The notes beneath the pieces were generated by a model. It made no database searches. It was given only the letters and a program-made list of their open reading frames with translations, and had not been told where the DNA came from. A program made the position numbers and the translations under genes. A stretch of DNA of 35,543 bases. It comes from a virus. Shown piece by piece: positions 18,433 through 27,575 of the stretch. Location of the stretch: UHGV virus genome UHGV-0085052. The stretch is one strand, 5' to 3'. Each line of letters starts with the position of its first letter. The stretch's first letter is position 1.

Positions 18433-20000
18433 CTGCTCAGCAGCTGCTCGGGCCTGACGGTAAAACGCCACTACGCCGTTACGCGGGGTATAACGGCGGC
18501 GGTCCCGGCTTCGGTGGCCAGCTGATTGACTGGAATGCACCACAGCAAAGCGCCGATGCGGCACTGCTGCCGAATTTTTATCGCGGTAACGCGCGAGCAG
18601 ACGATCTCGTTCGTAATAACGGCGTCGCGTCGAACGCCGTCCAGCTGCACCAGGATCATATTGTCGGCAATCTGTTTAAGCTGAGTTACCGTCCTAACTG
18701 GCGTTATCTCGGAATATCTCGCGAGGACTCACGGGCGCTGGCGCGTGACGTAGAGGTCGCGTGGACTGAATACGCTGAGGACCCGCATTGTACGATTGAT
18801 ATCGAGCGGAAACGGACGTTCACAATGATGATCCGCGAGGGCGTGGCTACTCACGCTTTCAACGGTGAAACCTGCGTACAACCAGTCTGGGAGAGTAGTG
18901 CCGGCAGCGTTTTTCGGACGCGATTCAAAATGGTCTCACCGAAACGGATTCGAAATCCGGGTTACGCAGCTGACACCCAATTTCGCCGCGCCGGTGTTGA
19001 TATCGATAAAAACGGGGCCGCGGTCGGGTATTGGATAGCCGAGGATACCTACCCCCTCGGCGGAGTCGGTAAATGTCGGCGTATCCCAGCACAGCTCAGC
19101 AGCGGCAGACACGCATTCATCCACATATTCGAGCCGCTCGAGGACGGACAGACCCGCGGAGATAACATTTTTTACAGCGTAATGGAGCGGTTGAAAATGC
19201 TCGATACGCTGCAGCAAACACAGCTGCAGAGCGCCATCGTGAAAGCGATGTACGCCGCCACAATCGAATCAGAGCTCGACAGCCAGCAGGCGTTTGAATA
19301 TATCGCCGGCGCGGGTACTGATATCGACTCGAACCCGCTGAATTCGTTTATTCAGAGTTACGTGACGTACTACAACGGCGCAAATATCAAGCTCGGTGGT
19401 GTGAAAGTTCCCCACCTGCATCCCGGCGACAAACTCAGTTTACAGACCGCTCAGAATGCTGATGCTGGTTTCAGTTCGCTGGAAAAATCACTCCTGCGTT
19501 ACGTTGCCGCTGGCGTCGGCACGTCATATGAGGAACTGAGTCGGGACTACAGCCAGGTCAGTTACTCCAGCGCGCGGGCCAGCGCAAACGTGAGCTGGCG
19601 TTTTTTCATGGGCCGTCGACGTTTTATCGCCGCACGACAGGCGTCACTGATGTTCTGCTGCTGGTTTGAGGAGGCTCTGGTGCGCGGAATTATCACCCTG
19701 CCACGCTCAGCGGTCCGGTCGTTTTATGAGGCGCGGAACTCCTGGACGAACGCGCTCTGGATCGGCGCTGGTCGCATGGCGATTGATGGGCTGAAAGAGG
19801 TTCAGGAGAGCGCCATGCGCATCACGACTGGCCTCAGCACGTATCAGAACGAACTCGCGCTGCAGGGGCAGGACTACGAGGAGGTCATGGAACAACAGGA
19901 ATACGAAATTCAGCGCCGGCGCGAAATGGGGCTGAGCGAACCATCCTGGTCAGTATCTCACCCCTCAAATACCAACGATAACGGCTGGGGAGGTAACTGA
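18429..20000 (+). CDS. Portal protein, lambda gpB-like
   Basis: Long collinear similarity to lambda gpB (LLGPDG, YAGYNGGGPGFGGQL, ALLPNFYRGNARADDLVRNNG, LHQDHIVG, RKRTFTMMIREGVA, MAIDGLKEVQE). Confidence 0.9.
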   Translation: MTAQQLLGPDGKTPLRRYAGYNGGGPGFGGQLIDWNAPQQSADAALLPNFYRGNARADDLVRNNGVASNAVQLHQDHIVGNLFKLSYRPNWRYLGISREDSRALARDVEVAWTEYAEDPHCTIDIERKRTFTMMIREGVATHAFNGETCVQPVWESSAGSVFRTRFKMVSPKRIRNPGYAADTQFRRAGVDIDKNGAAVGYWIAEDTYPLGGVGKCRRIPAQLSSGRHAFIHIFEPLEDGQTRGDNIFYSVMERLKMLDTLQQTQLQSAIVKAMYAATIESELDSQQAFEYIAGAGTDIDSNPLNSFIQSYVTYYNGANIKLGGVKVPHLHPGDKLSLQTAQNADAGFSSLEKSLLRYVAAGVGTSYEELSRDYSQVSYSSARASANVSWRFFMGRRRFIAARQASLMFCCWFEEALVRGIITLPRSAVRSFYEARNSWTNALWIGAGRMAIDGLKEVQESAMRITTGLSTYQNELALQGQDYEEVMEQQEYEIQRRREMGLSEPSWSVSHPSNTNDNGWGGN

Positions 20001-21310
20001 TGCCGTGGAACAATTTTCCGCACCTCGCCGCTAGGGCGTTCAATCAACCGCTTTTGCTGGAGCCCGCCTACGCGCGGGTATTTTTTTCTGCGCTGAGCGA
20101 CCGGTTCGGTACCGGGCGACTGATTGATACAGCGTCAGGAGAGGTAATGAACAGCGACGAAATGAACGCGCTCGCGATGGGGTGGGACAGCAGCGAGCGA
20201 ACACGCCAGAAATCGTATCGCGTGGAGCGTGGTATAGCCGTTCTGCCGGTTACCGGGACGCTGGTTCATAAATTGGGTTATATCAATCCGGTCAGCGGGA
20301 TGAGTGGTTACGACGGAATCGCAAAACGCCTGCAGCAGGCGATTTCTGATCCCGATGTTAAGGGGATCCTGCTGGATATTGATTCCCCTGGCGGTGAGGT
20401 CGCCGGCGCGTTTGATACCGCTGATTTAATCGCCCGGGCGCGAGAGCAAAAACCGGTGTGGGCGCTGGCCAGCGATACGGCCTGCAGCGCCGCCTATTTG
20501 CTGGCGTCAGCGTGTTCGCGCCGGCTGATAACGCAGACCGGCACGGTTGGTTCAATCGGTGTCCTGATGGCTCACCGCTGCGTCGAAAAGGCGCTGGAGA
20601 TTGCCGGCGTTGACGTGACGCTGATTTACGCCGGCGCGCACAAAGTCGACGGGAACCCGTATTCCCAGCTGCCCGACGACGTTCGCGACGAATTCCAGCT
20701 GAGTATTAACAGCACACGCGAGCAGTTCGCGCAAAAAGTCTCGGATTATACCGGGCTGAAAAAATCCAGGGTGCTGGCCACAGAGGCCGCAGTATTTATC
20801 GGCGCGGACGCGATTAAATCTGGTCTCGCTGATCAACTCGTTAATTACGCGGACGCTATCGCAGTGATGGCCGACGCACTGAAACCAAAAACGGAGCGAT
20901 TTATGCCAGGTACAACAGAAACCACGGCGGAGACCACGACCACAGAACAAACCGCGGCTACGACTACGGTCGCGCCGGTTGAGTCCAACGCGGAGCAGAT
21001 TCGCGCGGACGCCGCATCGAGCGAACTGGCACGCGTGATGGCCATCATCAACTGTCCCGAAGCTGTTGGGCGCGAGGCGCAGGCAAAAGCGCTCGCTGCC
21101 GTCCCCGGGATGACGGTCGGGCAGGCGCAGGCTGTCCTCGCGGCAGCACCGCAAACAGCGCAGGCGCGGACAGAAACGGCGCTCGATACACTCATGAGCA
21201 CTGAATCACCGGAAACTATTCAGGATGCCGGCAGCACCACGGCAACAGGAACAACCGCAAACGTCTCGATGCTGGTCGCGGCAGGGCGTTCAATTTTAGG
21301 GGATGAATAA
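20000..21310 (+). CDS. Head maturation protease/scaffold, lambda gpC-like (S49/ClpP-type; may include a nested Nu3-like scaffold frame)
   Basis: Collinear similarity to lambda gpC (LLLEPAYARVFF, GIAVLPVTGTLV, GILLDIDSPGG, KPVWALA, HKVDGNPYSQLPDDVR, AAAPQTAQAR). Confidence 0.9.
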   Translation: MPWNNFPHLAARAFNQPLLLEPAYARVFFSALSDRFGTGRLIDTASGEVMNSDEMNALAMGWDSSERTRQKSYRVERGIAVLPVTGTLVHKLGYINPVSGMSGYDGIAKRLQQAISDPDVKGILLDIDSPGGEVAGAFDTADLIARAREQKPVWALASDTACSAAYLLASACSRRLITQTGTVGSIGVLMAHRCVEKALEIAGVDVTLIYAGAHKVDGNPYSQLPDDVRDEFQLSINSTREQFAQKVSDYTGLKKSRVLATEAAVFIGADAIKSGLADQLVNYADAIAVMADALKPKTERFMPGTTETTAETTTTEQTAATTTVAPVESNAEQIRADAASSELARVMAIINCPEAVGREAQAKALAAVPGMTVGQAQAVLAAAPQTAQARTETALDTLMSTESPETIQDAGSTTATGTTANVSMLVAAGRSILGDE

Positions 21311-21639
21311 TGACCACAGAAACGTATAGCCCGGATGATTTTATTCTGGGACCCGATCTTGTTGTGACGACCGTCGGTCATTTTCAGGGCGGGATCAACG
21401 TACCCCGGCTGACACCGATTATGCTCGACGCTACTGCCGGGACGTTTAAAGTCTGGGACGGCTCAATTGGTAAGGCGGTTGGTCTCACAGCCACAGCAGT
21501 TAATACAGGCTCCAGTTCTGCAGACTGCTCGTACTACAAATCAGGATCGTTTCGTTATACGGCGATTAACTGGGGTACGGTTACTGACGTCGCTAAACGC
21601 AAATCAGCGTTTGCTGGTACGCCAGTCAGCGTTGGCTGA
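21310..21639 (+). CDS. Head decoration protein, lambda gpD-like
   Basis: 109 aa; LTPIMLDATAGTFKVWDG...YYKSGSFRY...KRKSAFAGT aligns with lambda gpD. Confidence 0.85.
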   Translation: MTTETYSPDDFILGPDLVVTTVGHFQGGINVPRLTPIMLDATAGTFKVWDGSIGKAVGLTATAVNTGSSSADCSYYKSGSFRYTAINWGTVTDVAKRKSAFAGTPVSVG

Positions 21640-21654
21640 TAGCAAAAAAAACTC

Positions 21655-21686
21655 AAAACAAGCCGCCTCCGGGCGGTTTTTTTATA
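21655..21686 (+). terminator. Hairpin plus T-run between gpD-like and gpE-like genes (terminator/attenuator-like)
   Basis: GCCGCC-TCCGG-GCGG followed by TTTTTTT, seen directly. Confidence 0.35.
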
Positions 21687-21698
21687 CAGGATATATAA

Positions 21699-22733
21699 AT
21701 GAGCGATTCGTTTACTACGTCAGAACTGATTACCGCAACGCAGCAGGTATTTAAGTTCAATCCGTTGTTTTTAAGATTGTTTTTCCGTGAGACCTACACG
21801 TTTACGAGCGAAGAGGTTTTTCTGGATAAAATCCCGGGCAAAGTCAATATGGCGGTATATTGCGCCCCGATGATCACCGGCAAAGTTGACCGCACTCGCG
21901 GCTATTCAACGAACCACTTTAAACCTGGTTACACGAAACCGAAACACACGATCAATCCGAATATGAGCATCAAGCGCGCCGCCGGTGAGCAAATTGGCCA
22001 GCCAGAAACGCCGGTCGAACGTCGTGCAAAAATCATCATGCAGAATTTGCTCGACGAGGAGCTCAGCATCAGCCAGCTCGAAGAGTTCCAGGCAGTGCAG
22101 GCGGTTCTGTACGGTAAATACACCGTTTCCGGCAGCAATATCGAGACCTATGAGATCGACATGAGCCGCAGCGCGACGAATAACGTCACTCAGTCCGGTT
22201 CGACCGCCTGGTCGACTCAGGACGCGGAAACGTATGACCCGAGCGACGATATTGAATCCTATGCAGACCTCGCCTCCGGTGCGGTTAACGTGATCATCAT
22301 GGACGGTAAAGCCTGGAAGCAGCTTAAACGCTTTAAAAAATTCTGGACGGCACTGGATACGCGCCGCGGCTCAAACAGTCAGCTCGAAGTCGCGCTGAAA
22401 AACCTGGGCGATGTCGTTAGCTTTAAGGGCTATTACGGCGACACGGCGCTGTTCGTTTACAAGGGTCAATATATTGACCCGCTAACAGGCACTGAAATGC
22501 GTTATATGCCGGATAACACGATGATCCTGGGCAACACAAAAAATCGCGGGCTCCGCACCTATGGCGCGATCCAGGACGAGGACGCGCTGAAAGAGGGTAT
22601 CTGCGAAGCCACGCGCTATCCAAAAGTGTGGACGACGACCGGCGATCCGGCAGTGACGCAAACAATGACGCAATCCGCGCCAGCAATGGTGCTCACGGAC
22701 GCTGATGCTTTCGTCGTCGTAAAAATCGCGTAA
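21699..22733 (+). CDS. Major capsid protein, lambda gpE-like
   Basis: Strong collinear similarity to lambda gpE (FKFNPLFLRLFFRE, KPKH.INPNMS, IIMQNL.DEEL.I.Q.EE.QAV.AVL.GKYT, RRGSNS.LE.A.K.LG, LPDNTM.LGNT..RGLRTYG.IQD, RYPK.W.TTGDP). Confidence 0.9.
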   Translation: MSDSFTTSELITATQQVFKFNPLFLRLFFRETYTFTSEEVFLDKIPGKVNMAVYCAPMITGKVDRTRGYSTNHFKPGYTKPKHTINPNMSIKRAAGEQIGQPETPVERRAKIIMQNLLDEELSISQLEEFQAVQAVLYGKYTVSGSNIETYEIDMSRSATNNVTQSGSTAWSTQDAETYDPSDDIESYADLASGAVNVIIMDGKAWKQLKRFKKFWTALDTRRGSNSQLEVALKNLGDVVSFKGYYGDTALFVYKGQYIDPLTGTEMRYMPDNTMILGNTKNRGLRTYGAIQDEDALKEGICEATRYPKVWTTTGDPAVTQTMTQSAPAMVLTDADAFVVVKIA

Positions 22734-22734
22734 G

Positions 22735-22762
22735 AGCCGAAGGCTCTTTTTTTTAAGGAATT
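22735..22762 (+). terminator. Intrinsic terminator after the major capsid gene (AGAGCC-GAA-GGCTCT then T8)
   Basis: Perfect 6-bp stem and a run of 8 T, seen directly. Confidence 0.55.
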
Positions 22763-22765
22763 AAC

Positions 22766-23179
22766 ATGAGCACAAAAACAGAATTGCTGGCGCGCATTGA
22801 CGATTTGAGCGCCCAGCTCGGTCGCGAATTACCGCGCAGCGGGACTATTGCTGAACTGGAATCAATCGTCGCCGGCGCTGAGTCAGAGCTCGATATTCTG
22901 AACGAGCAATCCGGCGACGCGAGTGATGCCGACACAAATGAGAGCACATCAGATGAAACTGATGATAACGGTGTCGAACAACAGTCAATCGCAAGTACTA
23001 CGTCACAACCAGAACTGTCCCCCGCCACGCGCCGCGTCAAGCTGCGTAACACGCTGGACGTTTATCACTACGTTAATGGGCGTCGCGTTCGCGAGATTGT
23101 TGCCGCTGGACGTGAAATTGTTGTTGATTCACCGGAGGTTGCAGACCTCATCGCAGCTGATCACGTTTACGCGCTATGA
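22766..23179 (+). CDS. DNA-packaging/head completion protein, lambda gpFI-like
   Basis: N-terminus (TKTELLARIDDLSAQLGRELPRSGTIAELESIVAGAESELD) aligns with lambda FI (TKDELIARLRSLGEQLNRDVSLTGTKEELALRVAELKEELD). Confidence 0.6.
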   Translation: MSTKTELLARIDDLSAQLGRELPRSGTIAELESIVAGAESELDILNEQSGDASDADTNESTSDETDDNGVEQQSIASTTSQPELSPATRRVKLRNTLDVYHYVNGRRVREIVAAGREIVVDSPEVADLIAADHVYAL

Positions 23180-23556
23180 GCTACTACGATGACCTCCGGG
23201 CTGGCGACGAGGAGATGATCCGTGAGTGGGGACGGCCCGTTAAATTACGCGGTAAAACCGACCCCATTATCGCTATTTTCAACGAGCCTTACGCGCGCGT
23301 TGACGTTCCTCACGCTGGTTTTATTACCGGTACAGTAACGAGCCTGACAGCGCTCTCAGACGACGTCGCTGGCGTTGTTGCGCGTGACGTTGTCCAGGTC
23401 CCAAAGCAGCGCAGTACCACTGCTGACGGCTCTGTTACTTGGTCTGACTGGACCGATTACGTGGTTAAAGAGCCTCAACCGGATGGCATCGGTCTCACGA
23501 ATATTTTTTTAGAGCCTCACACGTCCAGCGAAAACAGCGAGTATTCAAAATACTAA
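23176..23556 (+). CDS. Putative head-tail connector/neck protein (position of lambda FII)
   Basis: 126-aa ORF immediately after the FI-like gene; assignment is by position only, similarity to lambda FII not evident. Confidence 0.3.
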   Translation: MSYYDDLRAGDEEMIREWGRPVKLRGKTDPIIAIFNEPYARVDVPHAGFITGTVTSLTALSDDVAGVVARDVVQVPKQRSTTADGSVTWSDWTDYVVKEPQPDGIGLTNIFLEPHTSSENSEYSKY

Positions 23557-23580
23557 GTGGGACCGCGGTCCCACTTAAGG
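23557..23580. repeat. Perfect 22-bp palindrome (AAGTGGGACCG/CGGTCCCACTT) at the head/tail module boundary
   Basis: Seen directly; no T-run on the + strand, so a simple terminator role is uncertain. Confidence 0.6.
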
Positions 23581-23588
23581 GGGGAACC

Positions 23589-24269
23589 GTGGCCGATTTA
23601 CGTAGTAACGCGCAGATGTTCGATATCGATGTTTCGGCGCTGGAGCAGCTCAGAGTCGAAATCAGCGCGACGCAACATCAGATGCTGATGGCATACAACA
23701 GAGCGCTGAACCGAACTGCAAAGCATATGCACCGAATTTCAGCAGGAATGATTTTGACTGCACTGGCAGCTAAAAATCATAAGGCCGTAGATAAACGAAT
23801 CAAACCGTTCATTAAGCGCCGTAATTTTACAAAAGAAGGGGCAGGAGATCTGAGCAGCGTAAAGCTCTGGTACGGCCTGAACGATTTCCGTGTATCTGAG
23901 CTAAAGGGGCGATTACAAAATCCCAGGAAGCAGAAGCAGCCTCGCAATCCAGAGACCGGTCAATTTTTGAAAACAAAAAAAGGCGCGCGTGGCGCAACGT
24001 TTACCCCCAGGAGCGCGGGGCTGGCGATGATGAGCTGGCCGGATTCATTCGTCGCTAAGCGTTACGGGGAAAAGAGTATCTGGCTGCGTCGTGACAGAGG
24101 CGGTATCGAGGAGGCTCGCGTACCTGTGCACGACGCGCTGGAGGATGCTATCGATGATTATATTTTTGAAAACATTGGCCCTGTTTTTATGGGCTTTTTT
24201 GAGAAAGATTTACGCGGTCGAGTGAAAGGAAGCGTTCACGTAGACCCTAAAACAGGTAAACGATTATGA
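23589..24269 (+). CDS. Putative virion/tail morphogenesis protein (unassigned)
   Basis: 226-aa basic protein between the head module and the baseplate genes; no confident family match. Confidence 0.3.
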   Translation: MADLRSNAQMFDIDVSALEQLRVEISATQHQMLMAYNRALNRTAKHMHRISAGMILTALAAKNHKAVDKRIKPFIKRRNFTKEGAGDLSSVKLWYGLNDFRVSELKGRLQNPRKQKQPRNPETGQFLKTKKGARGATFTPRSAGLAMMSWPDSFVAKRYGEKSIWLRRDRGGIEEARVPVHDALEDAIDDYIFENIGPVFMGFFEKDLRGRVKGSVHVDPKTGKRL

Positions 24270-24802
24270 GCGGACTGGATTCATTTGACGAATACCTCGA
24301 TCGCGTTAAAGGCGCGGTTTTACAAATACCGTTCATCAAAACATTCGGCATTTATCCAGAAATTCCGGCAGGATTTGAAACGCCAGCTCTGTTCCTGGAA
24401 ATCAGCAACTGGTCACAGAGTGATGAGCCTGTGTCGGGTTCAATTCAGTCAGTTGAGCTGTCGTGTAATTTGTATTTGCTGCGGGAGTTTGCGGCTGATC
24501 AGTACGGACTGAAATCGCAGAATGCAGCGCTCTATATGACGAGCTGGATTAATGGGCGAATGTTCGGTCCCGGAACTAAACCGGCAAAATTCAGCGACGC
24601 GGAACCGTGTGACTGGATTAAAAACGGGCAGTCAGTCAGTTCGCATTCAGTTCAGTGCGTGTCGTTCACGCAGGTTGTCGGCGTTGGTCCCGATATTTTC
24701 GATTATCCCTCACAGGGAACCCTGAAAAATATATACGTCGGAATAGCGCCAGATATCGGCGCAGAACATGAGAGCGACTACTATGGCCCAATCGGACGAT
24801 GA
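24266..24802 (+). CDS. Putative tail completion/neck-associated protein (unassigned)
   Basis: 178-aa ORF overlapping the neighbours and directly upstream of gpV-like gene; assignment by position. Confidence 0.3.
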   Translation: MSGLDSFDEYLDRVKGAVLQIPFIKTFGIYPEIPAGFETPALFLEISNWSQSDEPVSGSIQSVELSCNLYLLREFAADQYGLKSQNAALYMTSWINGRMFGPGTKPAKFSDAEPCDWIKNGQSVSSHSVQCVSFTQVVGVGPDIFDYPSQGTLKNIYVGIAPDIGAEHESDYYGPIGR

Positions 24803-25685
24803 ATACGCGGCAGCGGAGAACGCTCGCCGGCTGCGTGATGCAGTTAAACGCGGCACGATAGCTGCAGTTCAAATGAAACCACCTCGCTGTCGGGTCTCAT
24901 TTGGCGGCGAACACCAGTCGGGTTGGCTGCAATGGTTTACTCACGCAACGTCCGAGCGAATCGACTGGAGCGCACCATCAGTAGGTGACCCCGTTACTGT
25001 TGTTTCAGAGGGTGGGGACACGCGGAACGGCGTAGTTATGCTCGGGCTGCACATTGACAACGTAGATCCGCCCAGCGATGACCCTCATGACCACGTCACT
25101 GCGTATTGTGACGGGGCCAGGCTGACGTATAACACGGAAAACCACACGCTGACCTGGCAGGGCGTACCCGACGGAATTGTAAAAATTCTCGGTGAATCCA
25201 AAATAGAAATTTTTGGTCGCGCAGACGTTACTATTAATAGCGAAAACGTTGTCAATATTCACGGTGGAAAATTAATTAACGCAGACGCTGACATTATTAA
25301 TGTGACAGCAACAGACACAATTAACGCACATGCTGATTTAGTGAACGTTATAGCAACGAGTTCTGTTAGTGTTACTGCTGCGAACAGAATATCGCTGACA
25401 GCTCAAACAATCAGTGCGTGGGCTCCGGGTGGGATAACACTAGCTGGTCCAACTCATATTACCGAGACATTAGTAGTAGATAAATTAGCGACATTCCGTA
25501 ACGATATTTCTGTCACTGGAGATAACGGTGGAACAGGTAATATCACAACCCGCGGTAGTGTGTTAGCAGGGCAAGAGGTACAGGACCGACAAGGCACAAT
25601 GAATGAGATGCGTATTACATATAACGGGCATACGCACATATGCCCTGACGGAGAAACAGAGAAACCAAATCAACCAATGGCGTAA
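24768..25685 (+). CDS. Baseplate central spike protein, P2 gpV-like (start may be the ATG near 24783)
   Basis: N-terminal OB-fold region (PPRCRVSFGGEHQSGWLQWFTHATSERIDWSAPSVGDPV) aligns with P2 gpV (RCRVQTGGMCTDWLQWLTHRAG...WAPSVGEQV); C-terminal NGHTH motif. Confidence 0.8.
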   Translation: MRATTMAQSDDEYAAAENARRLRDAVKRGTIAAVQMKPPRCRVSFGGEHQSGWLQWFTHATSERIDWSAPSVGDPVTVVSEGGDTRNGVVMLGLHIDNVDPPSDDPHDHVTAYCDGARLTYNTENHTLTWQGVPDGIVKILGESKIEIFGRADVTINSENVVNIHGGKLINADADIINVTATDTINAHADLVNVIATSSVSVTAANRISLTAQTISAWAPGGITLAGPTHITETLVVDKLATFRNDISVTGDNGGTGNITTRGSVLAGQEVQDRQGTMNEMRITYNGHTHICPDGETEKPNQPMA

Positions 25686-25687
25686 AT

Positions 25688-26029
25688 ATGCTTGGAATGA
25701 ACCGTGACACCGGTAAGCCTTTATCGGGGACTGATCACATTTGTCAGTCTATCGTTGATATTTTAACGACCCCGCTGGGAACCCGTGTAATGCTGCCGGA
25801 ATATGGAAGCAAATTATTTGACCTTGTTGATAATCCCACAGATCCATCGCTTGCTATGCGAATAATTATGGAAAGCGCTGGCGCAATAGCACGCTGGGAA
25901 CCACGCGTCAGAATTGACAGAATAAATGTGTTAGCAGTGGATATCGGGAAAATAACAATATTAATTATCGCAACAGATATCGAAACACAACAGCGATTAG
26001 AGTTTAATAATATGGAGCTGATATTTTGA
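25688..26029 (+). CDS. Baseplate assembly protein, P2 gpW (gp25-like)
   Basis: LGMNRDTGKPLSGTDHICQSIVDILTTPLGTRVM aligns with P2 W (LGMNRSDGLTVTDLEHISQSIGDILRTPVGSRVM). Confidence 0.8.
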   Translation: MLGMNRDTGKPLSGTDHICQSIVDILTTPLGTRVMLPEYGSKLFDLVDNPTDPSLAMRIIMESAGAIARWEPRVRIDRINVLAVDIGKITILIIATDIETQQRLEFNNMELIF

Positions 26030-26946
26030 TAACATCAACAGTTCAGAACTCGATAGTGAAAACTATTGATATGAGTCTGCTGCCGCCGCCAGCATTCGTT
26101 AAGACCCCGTTATTTTCAGATGTTAAATCTAAGCTGCTGTCAGATCTGCAGATATTATATCCACAATTTAACGCACTCCTGGAGTCAGACCCGGCAGTTA
26201 AACTGCTGGAAATAGTTGCATACAGAGAAATCATTATTACAGCTCGGGTAAATCAGGGGATGCTCGCTGTATTGCTCGCGTTTGCAAAAGGGACTGACCT
26301 CGACCAGATTGGCGCTAATTTTGACTGCCTGCGGCTGTTGATAACGCCAGCTAATCCCGACTCAGTCCCCCCGACTGAAGCGGTTTACGAGAGTGACGAC
26401 GAGTATCGTCATCGCATACAACTATCATGGTACGCGCGGAATACTGCCGGCAGTACAAACGCGTATAACTATTTCGCGCTATCGAGTGATCCCGACGTTC
26501 TGTCAGCTCAGGCATACGGCCCGCCGGTGACACAACCAGGGTACGTCGATATGTATGTTTTATCCCGAACGGGCGACGGTGTACCCCCGCAATCACTACT
26601 GAATACAGTGAATGCGACCCTGTCTCCTGATGACACTCGGCCACTAACTGATTTCGTGACAGTAAAACCTGCGTCGAACATGAATTACCGGATTGAGGCC
26701 GAGATAATTGCGGGTCTTGGCCCCGATCAGAACGTATTACTCAACGGCGCGCAGAGCGATCTTGAAGTCTACGTGACCACACAACATAAAATCGGGGCAA
26801 CAGCAGCTCTGTCAGGAATTTACGACGCGATACATCGCGACGGCACTGAGCGTGTGATTCTGATATCACCGACAGAGGATGTGATCGCTGGCGTCGGACA
26901 GGCTCCACACTGCACAGAAATCAAACTCAGCGTGCAAATGGGGTAG
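26026..26946 (+). CDS. Baseplate assembly protein, P2 gpJ-like
   Basis: Collinear similarity to P2 J (EPLVKLLE..AYRE...RVN, LDVIGAN, RLTITPA, PVAD.VTV, SAIYAALH, CTE). Confidence 0.85.
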   Translation: MITSTVQNSIVKTIDMSLLPPPAFVKTPLFSDVKSKLLSDLQILYPQFNALLESDPAVKLLEIVAYREIIITARVNQGMLAVLLAFAKGTDLDQIGANFDCLRLLITPANPDSVPPTEAVYESDDEYRHRIQLSWYARNTAGSTNAYNYFALSSDPDVLSAQAYGPPVTQPGYVDMYVLSRTGDGVPPQSLLNTVNATLSPDDTRPLTDFVTVKPASNMNYRIEAEIIAGLGPDQNVLLNGAQSDLEVYVTTQHKIGATAALSGIYDAIHRDGTERVILISPTEDVIAGVGQAPHCTEIKLSVQMG

Positions 26947-26948
26947 CT

Positions 26949-27575
26949 ATGACAAGTCAAAGCGTACTGCCTCCGAACGCAATAACTCCCGAGAGGGCGC
27001 TTGAGGTTGTTTTATCTCACGTCGGCGATCTGCCTGGCGATATTCGAATTATTAAAAATCCCGATTTGTGCCCTGCAAATCTGTTGCCGTGGCTGGCGTG
27101 GGAGTACGCCGTCACCTACTGGAACCCCGACTGGAGCGAGCAGCAAAAACGCGAAATTATTAAAGCAGCTGCGTGGCAGAACAAGCACCGCGGAACGCGT
27201 GGAGCTGTTGAACGAGCGTTATTAACTGTTGGCTTTGAGAGCAAAATGAGAGAGTGGTTTGAAGCCACGCCCAGGGACGACCCGTATACATTCGCAATTA
27301 AAATATATCTGCTAAAAAGTATAGGGTTAGATTTAGAACTATTGAATACCTTTATTGCACAAATATTTGATGCAAAAAATTGTCGTTCATTATTAAAAGA
27401 AATAAATTTTGAAACAGGTGTAGAAGGGGAATTCTATATCGCCGGAACACCTTACGCAAAATTAGGCGTTGATATACCGGCAAGTGGTGATGGTGGTGTG
27501 AAATTAAATGGCGGATTATATATTTCAGGCTCACCAATCGTGAATCTGTTAGTGGAGATTGGACATAGTGGCTAA
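26949..27575 (+). CDS. Baseplate/tail fibre attachment protein, P2 gpI-like
   Basis: NPDLCPANLLPWLAWEYAV aligns with P2 I (NPDTCPANLLPWLAWAFSV). Confidence 0.8.
   Translation: MTSQSVLPPNAITPERALEVVLSHVGDLPGDIRIIKNPDLCPANLLPWLAWEYAVTYWNPDWSEQQKREIIKAAAWQNKHRGTRGAVERALLTVGFESKMREWFEATPRDDPYTFAIKIYLLKSIGLDLELLNTFIAQIFDAKNCRSLLKEINFETGVEGEFYIAGTPYAKLGVDIPASGDGGVKLNGGLYISGSPIVNLLVEIGHSG

Noticed and set aside
20552-21201. Long minus-strand ORFs (200 aa and 118 aa) antisense to the gpC-like gene
   Set aside because: They lie entirely within a strongly supported + strand gene, have low-complexity Arg/Cys/Ala-rich translations typical of antisense GC-rich frames, and have no RBS; treated as spurious.
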